Assembly: GCA_038087875.1 (NCBI GenBank)
Contig: CM075989.1
Location: forward strand, 20,400,001 to 20,464,000
DNA length: 64,000 bases
Source: Malacoraja senta
Lineage: Eukaryota
Reading direction: 5' to 3'
Part shown: one piece after another, positions 48,406 to 62,553 of the stretch
Numbering within the stretch: the first letter of the stretch is position 1
Layout of the letters: the number at the start of each line of letters is the position of its first letter
Notes under the pieces: generated by a model
Databases searched by the model: none
What the model saw: only the letters and a program-made list of their open reading frames with translations
What the model was told of the DNA's origin: nothing
Program-made: the position numbers and the translations under genes

Positions 48406-50144
48406 GCCTTGTCTATGGAACTGTTCTGCTACAATGTTGAGAACTATATTCTGCACTCTGTATCTTCCCCTTTGCTCTATCTATTGTATTTGACTGTATT
48501 TATATGTAGTATATCTGATCTGTTTGGGTTGCATGTAAAACAAAGCTTCTCACAGTACTTCGGCTCACGTAACAATAAACCAAGACCTCAGTCTCCTGCA
48601 TTATTTCTCCAACACGGTGAACTGGACCTTGTTATCAGAATACTCTCTCAGATTTCCACCACTGAGTCCTGGCTGACTAAAAATTGTGCAATTACTTTAC
48701 AAAATAAGAGAAGGTTAATTCCAGGAGTCTGTGAACCTACAGCATCAAATTTACCCAAATCTTCCATTAAATTTGCATGCTGAGTCCACAGATGTTTTTA
48801 AAAGGGAAATGGAAGAAAAGTACAGATCATGAGTTGGAACCGATGCATGTTACTCTGTAGGACAGATAACTTTACTCTGTGTTAATTATGCCTGTCTAGG
48901 CAAGCACAAATGATCAGAATAGGTCACAAAGTGCTGGAGTAACACAGCGGGTCAGGCAGCATCTCCGGAGAACACGAATAGGTGACGTTTCATAAGGTCA
49001 TAAGCGATAGGAGCAGAATTAGGCCATGCGGCCCATCAAGTCTACTCCGCCATTCAATCATGGCTGATCTATCTCTCCCTCCTAACCCCATTCTCCTGCC
49101 TTCTCCCCACAACCCCTCACAACAAACCTGTCTGTTTTGGGTCGAGACCCTTCCTCAGTGTCCTTATGTGAATTAACCAGCATCTTCAGTTCTGTGTTTC
49201 TACAAACCATGAGATAGCTGCGCCAGTAACATCGTAGCTTACGCCACATCGGCAGTCTGTTGAAGAATCCATAGTCTTCACAACAATTTCGCATTTATTG
49301 TCACATGTGCAGTGAAATTCGTTTTGCATAAAAATGCGCAAAGGGCGCAAAGAGTTGCCATGTATCTGGCACCGTCGAAGTCACAAAGTACTCATTATAG
49401 TCCCGGTTGTGGTCCCTCTGTATTCTCCCCCCACCCCCACCATCTCTCCGCGGCTCGTCCTCGACCCCCCCCCCCCCCAGCGGGCCGTCCCTCTCCTCTC
49501 CAGTCCTTCAGCCTTCGTGCCCCATCCAGGCTCCACCAGCTTGTAATTAAACCCCGACTCCCCCTCAAAGGTAACGGGAGTTATAAAAAGCTTGCTTTGT
49601 GGCACCTAATTAATCTTTTGGTCGACTTTCCAGCCATCAGGATCCGTGCCCCTGGCATAGAACATGTATTGCAGCTCGAGAAATGTGATGGCTCCTCGAT
49701 TTGCCAAATCCCTGCTTAATTCACACCACGTGTAACCTTGTTGTAATGGAAGCTAAGCTCTGTACAGCTGCAAATTATATAACTCTGGCAGCATGCACTC
49801 ACTTTTCTTTCATTTTTGTGACATTAGTTGCAAGTGAATAATTTTGAACTTGCTGGTATTAAAATTGATAGCACCTCACCGTTCAATATCATCTGTGGAG
49901 GGTCAGAGTTGGGAGTTTGTTCAACAGAGGAAGATTTTTTCAATTTTAATTTCAATCGACTTTTTCAATCTTAATTTCAATCGCCTTCTTCAATTAAGCA
50001 GTGTAAAAGTACAAATTGAATATGAAAAACCTTGATAAGCTAGTTCAGTTTAGTTTGGTTTATTGTCACATATACTGAGGTACAGTGAAAATCTTTTTTT
50101 GTTGCGTGCTATCCAGGCAGCAGAAAGACTATACATGATTGACA

Positions 50145-50688
50145 TGGGCCGCAGTGTGGCGCAGCGGTAGAGTTGCTGCCTCACAGCGCCAGAGACTCGG
50201 GTTCGATCCTGACTACGGGTGCTGTCTGTACGGGAGTTTGTACGTTCTCCCCGTGACCTGCGTGGGTTTTCTACGGGTGCTCCGGTTTCCTCCCACACTC
50301 CAAAGACGTACAAGTTTGTTGTTTAATTGGCTTCGGTGAAATTATAAGTTGTCCCTAGTGTGTTGGATAGTGTTAGTGTACAGCAGAGGTTCCCAACCCT
50401 TTTCGTCCCGTTTACCCCTGGCAACTTTAATAGCACATAACAATGTTATTTCACCTATTTATGAACAACTAATGATGAACAGAACCAAACACAGTCAGTC
50501 AATGAGAAAAAATATGTACAAATCCAGAATCAACAAATTTACCCCCTAGGTAGGCGAAATTTACGCCCTGGGGGTAAATTGACCCCGATCGGGAACGCTT
50601 GATATACACGGTGATCGCTGGTTGGTGCGGACCCAGTGGGCCGAGGGACCTGTTTCCGCGCTATATCTCTAGAATCTAAAGTCTAAAG
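50145..50688 (+). mobile_element. HE1 SINE interrupted by a hAT MITE
   Basis: Head, V-domain, tail resumes after ~50610. Confidence 0.85.
50384..50601. mobile_element. hAT (Charlie-like) MITE nested in an HE1 SINE
   Basis: Imperfect TIRs CAGAGGTTCCCAA / TCGGGAACGCTTG; degenerate 8-bp TSD GTGTACAG/ATATACAC; TTTACCCC/GGGGTAAA subterminal motifs. Confidence 0.65.
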
Positions 50689-51496
50689 ATTAAAATCGAG
50701 TTGTCCACACAAGGTAAAGGGAATAACACTTAGTGCAAGATAAAGAAAGTCCAGTATAGCCCAATTAAAGATAGTCCGAAAGTCTCCAATGAGGTAGACG
50801 AGTAGATCAGGAGCTCATATATATCTTTCCAAATGATCCAGTGTATATGTATAATCAAGAAGGATGGACGTTGTGGACATCAGGCATCTTTTAAGTTGAA
50901 GTAGATATATCGAGCTTTCGACTTGCTTACTCTAACGAAGCATGTTTCCAATGACCATGGTACAGGAGATACATGCACATATTTGTAATGTGAACCAAGC
51001 TAGTCACCATCTGCAATGCCTTCAAATATTGGAAGTATGTGGAGCAAGCAGATTGTGACATTAATCAGTATCCAGCATTGATTTGGAGCCAGCACTGCTG
51101 AACGAAACGTCTGCAATGGAACTATTGCCAAAATAGACCAAAACTGCTGAACGAAATTACAAGTTGCTTGCAGAAGTGTAGCTGATTGATTTATGGAACT
51201 GGAACAAGGCTGGTTTGTCTTCACTTTAAATCCTTATTGCTCCCACATGGTTGTCATTTCCGTTGACTGCACGAGAGGGAGATTGTGGGGAGGTTGCTTG
51301 GAGGAATCTAACCTGCCAGGACAGAGCCCTGTTCAACATATATCTTCAGCGTGCATGCCCCCTGTATGCAGCACTGCAATTAACAATGCCAAAGCAGACC
51401 CTCCTTCAATAAGAACATCCAAATGTCCCCCCAAGAATTGTCCCCAGCTTCCGAGCAAGAACGGAACTATATTGCTAATGGTACTGTGATTCACTA

Positions 51497-51778
51497 GGGT
51501 GGCACATTGGCAGAGTTACTGCCTTGCAGTGCCAGAGATCAGGGTTAGATTCTGACCACGTACAGATTGTACGCTCTCCCTGTGACCGCGTGGGTTTTCT
51601 CTGGGTGCTCCGGTTTTCACCCACATTCCAAAGATGTGCAGTTTTGTAGGTTAATTGGCTTCTGTAAATTGTTCCTGGAATGTAGCGTAGAACTAGCGTA
51701 CGGGTGGTCGTTGGTCGGTGCCGACTCGGTGAGCCGAAGGGCCTGTTTCCACGCTGTGTCTCTAAACGAAACTAGACA
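51497..51778 (+). mobile_element. HE1 (V-SINE) SINE
   Basis: Head, V-domain, tail. Confidence 0.8.
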
Positions 51779-51878
51779 ATGACTGACAAGGTCACCAGGC
51801 CAGTCACAGCTCATATTGCTAGCTCTGGATTTGGATTGGGGGAAATGTTCGGTTCAAGACTGAAGAAATGGCACTTAT

Positions 51879-51906
51879 CTGAGGAAGGGTCTCGCCCCGA
51901 AACGTC
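51879..51906 (+). ncRNA. Minimal hammerhead ribozyme core (Penelope-type)
   Basis: CUGAGGA-A-GGG...CCC-GAAA-CGUC. Confidence 0.6.
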
Positions 51907-53034
51907 ACCCATTCCTACTCTCCAGAGATGCTGTCTGACCCGCTGAGTTACTCCAGCATTTTGTGTCTTCCTTCGATTTAAACCAGCATCTGCAGTTCTT
52001 TCCTGCACATTTTACCACATATCCATGTTCTCCAGAGAAGCTGCCTGACCTGCTGAGCTGCTTAGAGCTTTATAGACTGCTGCCTTCTTCCTTTGAGTGC
52101 TATCAATGCATGTCCAACAGCAGCATGACTTATAACATTGCTTGAAGGACTAAAAGGCAAGGCCTCCAAATACAACGTGCTACTGGTTTGATTTACGTGC
52201 TTGAAGCAATCGGGAGGATTGATTTGAAGCCAGAGTCCAGATTCTTAGGAGTGGAACTTCCAATTTACCCTTTCCAATTAAATGAATCTTCAGACTTTAA
52301 TTTGGGTTTTATGCACTCCCTCTAATGAAGTTAGTGCGTTAATTAAATTAATCTGTCAAGTAAAAGTTTTAATTATTTCTCAGTTCTACGCACGAAGCAC
52401 ACATTTTTGATAGGATGCCCTTATTTGAACTCAAGTGGTGACATAAATTGAAAGAAATGTGAATACATATCGTTCCTGATGGGAACAAGTTTAGATATGA
52501 TAGATAGATGATTCATTTAGAAACATATATAGAAACATAGGTGCAGGAGTAGGCCATTCGGCCCTTCCAGCCAGTACTGCCATTCAATATGTTCATGGCT
52601 GATCATCCAAAATCAGTACCCCGTTCCGGCTTTTTCCCCATATCCCTTGATTCCCTTAGCCCTAAGAGCTAAGCCTAACTCTCTCTTGGAAACATCCAGT
52701 GAATTGGCCTCCACTGCCTTCCACGGCAGAGAATTCCACAGATTCACAACTCTTTGTCAAGTCAAGTCAAGTCACTTTTATTTATATAGCACATTTAAAA
52801 AACAACTCTCGTTGGCCAAAGTGCTTTACATTGGTGGAGGTACTAACGTTATACAACATTGGTTCATAGATTTGGAGAATTGAATGTGAGCTACCCAAGT
52901 GGAAAACAAGGCATTGTTCCTCCAGTTTATATAAACCTAAAAGATCTGATACCCAGGGACATTTGTACAAACCGACATATAATATGCATTTAGTCTCAGC
53001 CAACAAATGTTGGATTCCATTTGAAGACGAGAGC

Positions 53035-53384
53035 AGCGTATTCGAGGCCTCACCTAGGTCGCGGCGCTTTTTTCAAAATGTTAAAAAATGCCCGCGAGTA
53101 AAAAAAGGTCACCATGGAAAAAATCGATACTTTTTTTACTCGTAGGTTTAGTCGTAGTAGGTCGGCATGTTAGTCGAAGGTAGTCTTCATCATAGTCGAA
53201 GGGAGGTCGAAGAGAGATCGAAGGAGGTCGTCTTCACTCTCCACTATTCGGTGTCCAATTTTCCCGAAGTTAGTCGTAGCTAGACCTCTACATAGTCGAA
53301 GGAGGTCTTCAACATGAAATGTTTTCAAACACTCCTAAGCTCTTCTAAACTCGCCAATTAGGTCGCCCAAGTGGGACAGCCCCT
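53035..53384. mobile_element. Harbinger MITE fragment (one TIR)
   Basis: Interior similar to 3105-3260; ends AGTGGGACAGCCCCT-TTA. Confidence 0.7.
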
Positions 53385-53516
53385 TTAGTGTGTAGGTGAG
53401 TGGTAGAATCTGGAGTGAGTTGACGGGAATTTGAGAAGAATAAAATGGTTTTGGTGTAAATGGTTGCTTGATGGTCAGCAGGAGTCAGTAGGTTGAAGTC
53501 TGAACATAGAACAGTA

Positions 53517-53712
53517 CAGACACAAAGTGCTGGAGTAACTCAGCGGGACAGGCAGCATCTCTGGAGAGAAGGAATGGGTGACGTTTCAGGTCGAGACCCT
53601 TCGTCTTGACCCGAAACATCACCCATTCCTTCTCACTAGAGATGGTGCCTGACATGCTGAGTTCCTCCAGCACTTTGTGTTTTGCTCAGTGTTGCTGTAT
53701 CTGTGTCTCCTT
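53517..53712. repeat. Inverted pair of Penelope-derived terminal repeats
   Basis: Arms meet near 53602. Confidence 0.75.
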
Positions 53713-54266
53713 GTGTCTCCAGTAGGTTGATGGGTATGATTCTGTCCTCCACAACTCTATGCCTGAATGATTGGAAGTTAAAACTATTAAAGAAGCAATG
53801 ACATCTGAATAATGTCCAAAACACTAACATTTAATCAGTCACAGCTGTTCCGCACTGGAAGCTGCAGAGAAGAACTCTTTGATATTGATTCCTTGAACAC
53901 ATTCCAAAATTAATTCAGTTCTGTCTTTGGACTCTGATTTCAGTATCTAAATGCAATAGGGAAATTAATGATGAATAGTGTTTGTTAGTTTGAGAAATAC
54001 ATTCCAGCATTGAAATCCAGAAAACCTTATTAGCTGGCAATTACATGTGGAAGACCCTACCATTCCATGCAGAAGTACCAGTACTTGTCTACACAATCTG
54101 GCCCATTGTTTCAGATCGGTGACCTTTCACCAGACTGCTAGTTTATTGAACGCTTGCTTCATCTTTCAACCATTTACTTGATCTGTTTGTTGACAGACAT
54201 TTTTCTTTCACGGGGATTTCTTTCTGGATGAAGGTCACATGATAATTTTCTGACCAGCAAGAAATT

Positions 54267-54537
54267 GGGCGGCACGGTGGCAAAGCAGTAGAGTTGCCGC
54301 CTCACAGCGCCAGAGACCTTGTTTTGATCCTGACTTCGGGTGCTGTCCGTACGGAGTTTGCACGTTCTCCCCTTGACAGCGTGGTGTTGCGGTTTCCTCC
54401 CACATTCCATGCAGATTAATTGGCTACTGCAAATTGTCCCTTGTGTGTAGGATGGAGCTAGTGTATGGGTTGTCGTTGGTCGGCACGGACTCGGTGAGCC
54501 AAAGAGCCTGTTTCCACGCTGTATCTGTAAACTAAAA
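54267..54537 (+). mobile_element. HE1 (V-SINE) SINE
   Basis: Head, partial V-domain, tail. Confidence 0.8.
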
Positions 54538-54574
54538 TACTTTAATCAAATGTTGGCATGAATGACACTAATGC

Positions 54575-54990
54575 AGCTTACAACCCAGCGGTATGAATGT
54601 TGATTTTTTTAACTTCAAGTAACGCTTGCATCCCCTCTCTCTCCATCCCTCTCCCACCCTGGTCATCGTACTAGTTTCACTGTCGTCCTGCTGAGTTTCA
54701 CTATTTTTATCACTCATTATCAACTTCTCCACAGCCAACACTGGACCATTGTGGGCTCCACCTTTCCTTGATCATCGTTGATTTGTCCTTTTGCATACCT
54801 TTCATTCATTCATTCTATGTACCTCTTCATATCTCTAGTTTCCCTCTCCCCTGACACTCAGTCTGAAGATGGGTCTCAACCCGAAATGTCACCTTTTATT
54901 TTTCTCCTGAGATGTTGCCTGTCCCGCTGAGTTACTCCAGCTTTATGTGTCTATCTTCTATGTAAACCAGAATCTGCAGCTCCTTCCCAC
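54575..54990 (+). mobile_element. Penelope-like element 3' fragment with terminal repeat
   Basis: SLQPSGMNVDF end of ORF, pyrimidine-rich UTR, hammerhead core 54863-54890, terminal repeat. Confidence 0.8.
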
Positions 54991-56583
54991 TCAAAGCAAT
55001 TGAATTCTTTGGTTGCCAGCAAGGAGACTAAAAGTGATACTGAGTTGCAATAGTAAGTTAAAAAACACTTGGACAGGTACATGGATAGGAAAGGTCTAGA
55101 GGGATATGGATCAAATGGGACTAACTTAGATGGGGCATCTTGGTTGGCTTGGAGAAGTTGGACCAGAAGGTCAGTTTCCATGCTTTATGACTATGACTAA
55201 AAAATTAGAAGGAAAGGAGTTGACTTTCTTCACTCTGTTCATAAGTTATAGGAGCAGAATTAGGCCATTCGACCCATCACGTCTACTCTGAAAGTCAATC
55301 ATGGCTGATCCATCTTTCCCTCTCAACGTCATTCTCCTGCCATTTCCCCATAACCCCTGACACCCTTACTAATCAAGAACTTATCAATCTCCACCATAAA
55401 AATATCCCATGACTTGTGTAGGAAGGAACTGCAGATGCTGGTTTAAACCGAAGATAGACAAAAGGTGGAGTAACTCAGTGGGTCGGGCAGCATCTCTGGA
55501 GAGAAGGAATGGATGGCGTTTTGAGTCGAGACCCTTCTTCAGATTTGTCAGAGGAATGAATCATCCAGCATTTGTTCTTCCTTAGACTCGCCCCTGGGAG
55601 TTTTGATGTTTGCACATTTATCTGTGGTAACTTCCTGAAAGTGCGGGCTTCTTGGAAACCCCCCCAGTTAAAACAGGGTGTCAAGTGAATGGGTCAAAGC
55701 ACCGCTGAGTTACTCCAGCATTTTGTGTCTATCTTGAGTATAAACCAGCATCTGCAGTTCCTTCCCACACAAATCAATGCCTAAAGTTTATTTCAGATTC
55801 CTGGTCACTGCCGCAAGATAAAGTGGGGCAGGAGATTTGAATAATGCCCGAGTCCGATATTACATAATCCACAGAATAAAAGGATGTACATTTAGAAAGG
55901 AGAGGAGGAGGGTGTCAGCTGGTGGTGAATTTGTGGAATTCATTGCCATAAAAGGCTGTGGAGGCCAAGTCTCTGCATCTACTCCAGCAACCTGAGGGAA
56001 GGATTGTGACATTAGCAACACTCAGATAGGGAAGGATTTGTGAGTCAGAGTGTACAAGGTCGATGTCATCGGAAATACAGTGACAATATACAGAGAGTTG
56101 AAGGAACTCACCGTGTCAGGCAGCATCTGTGGAGGGAATGCACAGACGACGTTTTGGATCGAAACCCCCCCTTCAAATGAAAATAAATTCTCCCTCACCC
56201 AAACGATGTTTTGATTTCAGTCTGAAGCAGGGTCCCGACTTGAAATGTCATCTATCTATGTTCGCTGACCCACTGAGTTACTCCAGCACTTTGTTTTTCT
56301 TTCAGAAACTGCAGTTTCTTGTATCTGCAAGGAAAAACATGAGTGAAATAAAGAAGACAATAAATAAAAAGTCTGGAAAAAATAACATTACATTTTCTAG
56401 ATATCCACAGTAAAGAAAACTTGAAAGGATAAAACTCTGCCCTTCCAGTGATTAGTTTTCACTGTCTGAGTTTCCTTGCTAGTAACTTTCCTTGCATCAC
56501 TACAGGGCAGGAAAGTGAACACATTCTGTGATGAGTGTAGTTGGCATCTATTGCATGGTTAACGCATCTCAGCGTGTTAAAAA

Positions 56584-57010
56584 CTGAGAGAATGGAGCGG
56601 CTGGGCTTGTACACTCTGGAGTTTAGAAGGATGAGAGGGAATCTTATTGAAATATATAAGATTATTAAGGGTTTGGACACGCTAGAGGCAAGAAACATGT
56701 TCCCGATGTTGGGGGAGTCCAGAACCAGGGGCCACAGTTTAAGAATAAGGGGTAAGCCATTTAGATTGGAGACGAGGAAACACTTTTTCCAACAGAGAGT
56801 TGTGAGTCTGTGGAATTCTCTGCCTTAGAGGGTGGTGGAGGCCAGTTCTCTGGATACTTTCAAGAGAGAGCTAGATAGGGCTCTTCAAGATAGCGGAGTC
56901 AGGGGATATGGGGAGAAGGCAGGAACGGGGTACTGATTGGGGATGATCGGCCATGTTCACATTGAATGGGCCGAATGGCCTACTCCAGCACCTATTGTCT
57001 ATTGTCTATT
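56584..57010 (+). mobile_element. CR1 LINE 3' fragment
   Basis: ERMERLGLYTLEFRRMRG.LIE.YK..WNSLP; (CTATTGT)n tail. Confidence 0.9.
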
Positions 57011-60000
57011 AATTAAGTATAAAGCTACATTTACCCAAAAATTGTTTCCATTAACTTACCCCCACCCTCCAGTTCTGTTTTAATTTTGAAACCAATTAAC
57101 TTCTAATTTAATAAACTAATAACAAAAAAGTACAAAATCAACAAAGTCTAAACATTTGAAAATGTTATTTTTAACTTTCTCGAGGAAATTTAGTCGGGGT
57201 GTGTACCATCACAAAAAAAGCACACATTTTTTTTTTCCATCCAGAACTGCTTGTTTCACATCTTCGTGACTTTTTCTTCGATATTTTCTCCACAATGTTG
57301 AGGATAACTAGTCTTGGGTAAATCACCCTGACCTTGCTCACAAGGGCAACGGCTCTCTGGTATTTTTCACTCATTGACCTACATTCCTGGAATCCTGATG
57401 TGTTCTGGGTCGTATAAAGCCTGCACTGACAGTACGTGGAGTGAAGCTTGTCCCTGCGTACGTTATTCCTGATTGCTTCACGTGAAGGGATTAATAGAAT
57501 AAAGACTTAGCAAGGATCCATCGCTAAATGATCTCTAGGTGTGGAATCCAAAGACACTTGCGATAAATGACTAAAATGGGGGGAGGGGGGGGGAAATAAA
57601 AATAACTATATTGTATATTGAAATGAGCTGTCAACAAGCAGAAATGACAGAAAACACAGTCATAATCAAACAGAATTCCTAACAATCTAAGCATTCCAAC
57701 TAATCTCTAAAGTCAATTTGTAATAAATTTCCATGCACGCAAGATTTCAGGTTTCTGATACACGGAAAATTAAAGGATATGTAGAGATTAAATAGGGCAG
57801 CGACTATTTTGCCAGGGAATTCAAAGAAGATCGAGACACAACAAAGTAGGACAGAAAAGCAGTGAATGGCAGGACGATTATTTTCCCAATAGCAAGCAGC
57901 TGAATATTTTTAAAACGAGGTTTTATAACACCACCAGAATGGTAAATGAGCATAATTTTGTACTGGACAATTTTGTGTGACAATAGAAAATAAACTTAAT
58001 GTGATGCATCTGTAACGACGAGCCTTTCGTAAGTGTCTGAGAAGCCAATTATCTGGTAAATATTGTCTCGCAATTGCCAGGAATACTTTTTTCTGAAACT
58101 GCAAATCCCCAATGCCTTTACGATAGATGTACCACTGAAGGAATTGTAAAAGACATACCCAGAAGATCTTTATCTCCAACAATAAATTTCTCGAATGTCA
58201 ACTGTTTGGGTTATCCAATTAAGGTTTATATTTTCACGAACTGTCGAGACGCATACTTGTCCCTATTGATTCCAGGATTGCCCCAATGAAGTTTCTTCCC
58301 CGAAACCTGTCTCACTGTAATAAGAACTCTGTTGATTTGGTTCCCAACTTCACCCTGCCTGTCCTTTCCTTGATTCCTATCTGTTGATTGACTTTATCAT
58401 GGACTATTAATGATGCTTCCAGTTGGCTCGAAGCTGGATCTTACTCTCGGTGAGAATCATTTGTGGCTTTTCCGCTGCTCGTTGTGATACAATGAGCGAA
58501 ACACAAAGTGCTGGAGGAACTCAGAATGTCAGGCAGCATCTGTGGAGGGAATGGACTGACGACATTCATTTGTCACCGTGTAGGGGCCCTGATAAAGAGG
58601 CAGCTTGTGCTCCCAATCCCATTCAAACTTGGACACCCTCAAAGTGACCGATGAACTATAAAGCCTGCCTTCTACAGTAGTAAGTTGAAACAAGGAACTG
58701 CAGATGCTGGTTTTACCAAGGAAAGACGCAAAATGCTGAAGTAAGGCACGGACATGGTGATGTTTTGGGTCGGGACTCTTCTTTCAGGTCCCGACATGAA
58801 ACGTCACCTATCCATGTTCTCCATTGACTGCCTGACCCGCTGAGTTACTCCAGCATTATGTGTCTTTCCTTCTACATTAGTAAATTGGTTGTTTTTACAA
58901 GAACGAGTCTTCGATAATGGGTTTACATTTGAAATCTAACGCACTGAAAGGTGATTGAAGTGGGTAATCATTGTTTTTGAAGACATGCTTCAATTAACTT
59001 AAAACTTAGGTTCTTTATTTGATTTTGTTTTTCTTCACCCTCCCCGCAGACCAATTATTAATTCTCCATATCTATAGTTTTGTTCTAATTACCCCATAAC
59101 CATCTCCATCTTTGCTACTGCTTCTTTCTCTTTTGATTGCCATTGATTAAGGTGATAAACCCCTGACCCCATCAGTCACTGAGGTCTCGGATGCCTCTTG
59201 ACTCCATTTCAATGTCATCAATATAAAGAGCCGTAAAATTGTTGTGGCCATTTGATCCATCAGTTTTATGCCAGCTCCATGTGAAGTAATCTTGTCAGCC
59301 CCATTCTCATGCTTTCAGTCTCATTCCCAAACTCAAATCTCTTGTTGAATTAAACTGTTAGTCCGAAATCAAGACCCTCAGCATTTCGTAACAACGGCCA
59401 TTTTCTGACTATCAGTATCCAATACCTGACATTCTCAATACACCACATTGATATCCCTGGGAGCAATTGACTTGAATATTAGTCAACTTTGACATCATCT
59501 ACATCTTTGTTAATCCCCTTCACCCCTTCTCTTCCTGCACTTTCTCAGTCTTTGACATTCTTTCTGAAGAGTGGTGAGGAAAATCGCAATAATCCAACTG
59601 TGGTCTAACCAATGTTTAGAAGAAGCTTGAAATAACATTACTACTTTTGTACTCTGTTCCATGACCTTTGAATGACAGGATCCTGTGATTTTAGGCAAAA
59701 AAATGTTCAGTTCAGGTGCAAATGATAATTCACTCCAATTATTTTCCACTGCTTCAGATTTCGAATGTAAGCAGATAACTGTAGCTCATTCCCATAAGAG
59801 ATACATCCCTCCACAGATGCTGCCTGGCCCACTGAGTTCCTCCGGCAGGCTGTTTTATTTTAGTTGTAAGAGGTGCCATTTCCATGCACAGATTACCAAG
59901 AAGCTTCCTCTAACTCTAATCTAATATACAGCGATATATCACGGTCTCTTCAAATCTCTTCCATTGTTTGCTGTGAAAATGTAATAAATCTACCCTCGGT

Positions 60001-60529
60001 CTCACAGGAGTGCCTGTCTGTGGACGAGATTGGAAGTCGCCAGTAGGAAACAGCAGAGATCTCCACAGAGACCAAGAGAAGTCTGTAACCTGTCAAATGA
60101 AAAGTCGGCGATCATTTAAACCTGCCTTTGTAAAACAAAAGACTTGTCTTTGTTAAAGGGGATCTGGGGCAGAGACATGATCTAATTATTCAAATTAGTA
60201 AATGTTCATGTATTGCATCTGAAAGCTATGTATACAGTTTTTGAAATACTTTCACAGGCAAAGCCACAAATCTAATCAGTAGGTTAATCTGATTTATTGT
60301 TTTAATAAAAAAGTTTCAACTTCAAAGATTAGTCTTGAGAAGAAAATTGAATATCTGGTCACTGTAGAAACATGATGAAGACTTGTATGTTAACATCCCC
60401 TAACAGGGTATTTTTTAGGATAATTTGACCCTAGTTTATTTTCAATTACGACAGCTAACGTAAAAATTTATACTGCGTAGAGTAGATATCCATGTTTACT
60501 TACTAACCAAAGGATGAACCAGACATAGA

Positions 60530-60736
60530 CAGACACAAAGTGCTGGTGTAACTCAGCAGCTCAGGCAGCATCTCTGGAGAACATGGATAAGTGACGTTTC
60601 GGGTCGGGGCCGATCTTCAGACACGACCCAAATCGTCACTTACCTACTATCTCCAGAGATGCAGCCTGACCTGCTGAGTTACTCCAGTACTTTGTGTCCA
60701 TATTTGCATCAACCAGCATCTGAAGTTCCTTGTTTC
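60530..60736. repeat. Inverted pair of Penelope-derived terminal repeats
   Basis: Arms meet near 60620; similar pairs at 32341-32460, 56095-56325, 58689-58870, 61257-61421. Confidence 0.75.
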
Positions 60737-61819
60737 AACTTTGGAAGAGAGTTGTGCCAGTAGATGCAAGAAAGATGCATTCAATCCTTTAAATGTTTAG
60801 TTTGAGCCTTTAGTTATTGTGGAAACTAGTCCCTTCATTGAATGAACAGAGTCAGTTGTGATTCAGAACAATGTGGTTGAAAATTGCAACTAAAATTAAT
60901 TTTCTGGATAGGAATTGTAAATTGTCCCTACTGTGTAGGATAGTGCTTGTGTATGGGGTGATCGCTGGTCGGCGTGGGCCGAAGGGCCTGTTTCCATGCT
61001 GTATCTCCAAAGTCTAAATAGAATAGTCCAGCACAGCAAAGTCTGTGCCAAGCATGATGCCAAAATAAACCAATCTAATCTCCTTGTACGTTATCCATAT
61101 CCCTCCATTCCCTACATATCCCTATTGAAAGTAAATTTGTATTTGAAAGAAATAAGGTAGCAATGAAACGTTAATGGCTTCTTATTAAATGTAGCTAAAT
61201 AAATGTATATTTGTAAAACGAGTGAAAGGTAGGACACGAATTAAACTTCAGACATTAGGAACTGCTGGAATCTTCAGCAGATCACAAAGTGCTGGAGGAA
61301 CACAGTGGGTCGGTCAGCATCTGTGAAGGGAATACACAGATGGCGTTTCGGGTTGGGACCCATCTTCAGATTCATGTCCTGACCTGAAATGTTGTCTTTC
61401 CAATTCACTCCACAGATGCTGCGAGAATTAAATTTGATTACCCACAGCCACATGTCATTTTATTCTGCAAGCTTTATTTTCAAGCCTTATTTATGAAGAC
61501 AGCTCATTCTCCAGGTAAATTGGCCTCTTTGACAAGAGTATCAGTCACATGGCGGAGTGTTGCTAGCGGCTTGTTTATCCGTGTACCTACTTGAATTGTA
61601 TCACTAGAGAGTCATCTGAAGAATGTGCTTTGGCAGTGAGTCATTAAACAATAGCCTTGTTAATGTTTTCGCCACCGTAATACATTTAACACCAGAGTGG
61701 AGGCAGAACCAGTGCAACGTGGAAAAATAAACAGTGAAGTGTAGCGGGTGATAACAGACCATTGGGTCAAAATAAATGCTAGCTCATGAAATGTTAGATC
61801 AGGCTGCAATAACTAAGTA

Positions 61820-62280
61820 GCTTTATCAGACGTTGGTGAGGCCGCATTTAGAGTATTGTGTTCAGTTCTGGGCACCATGATATAGGAAAGATGTCAAGTC
61901 AAGAGTGTTTCATTGTGATAAAGAACAAGGAAATTCTTACTTGCAGCAGCACAACAGAATATGTAAACATATTCATGTTGTCAAGTTGGAGAGGGTACAG
62001 AAAATATTTACGAGGATGTTGCCAGAATTCTGGAGTCTGAGCTATAGGGAGAGGTTGAGTAGGCTGGGACTCTATTCCTAGGAGCGCAGGAGAATGAGGG
62101 GTGATCTTATAGAGGTGTACAAAATCATGAGAGGAATAGATTGGGTAGACACACAGTATCTTGCCCAGAATATAGGGGAATCGAGAACCAGAGGACATAG
62201 GTTTACGGTGAAGGAGAAAAGATTTAATAGGTATCTGAGGGGTAACGCTTTCACACAAGGGATGGTGGGCCTATGGAACG
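61820..62280 (+). mobile_element. CR1 LINE fragment
   Basis: LVRPHLEYCVQFWAP..MRGDLIEVYKIMRG. Confidence 0.8.
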
Positions 62281-62553
62281 TCAGCTGATAAACAGCCTGA
62301 CATGTGTGTTTTTATTGTCCAAGTGGTCCAGTACAGAGTGGAGAGGCTTCCTGCGCTGTACTGTTCTATATTCAAACGGGACAAAATGTAATGTTTAGGG
62401 AAATCATTGCTTGCATTGGATCTTGTGAAGCATAAAACAAGCAAGTGTTCCAAGACATGGTACAGAGGTGAAAAATAAATCATTGCCAGTATAAACAGGA
62501 AGTAGTTCCCAAGAGTTCAAGAGAGCACAGATTTAAACTTTTGGACAGTATAA

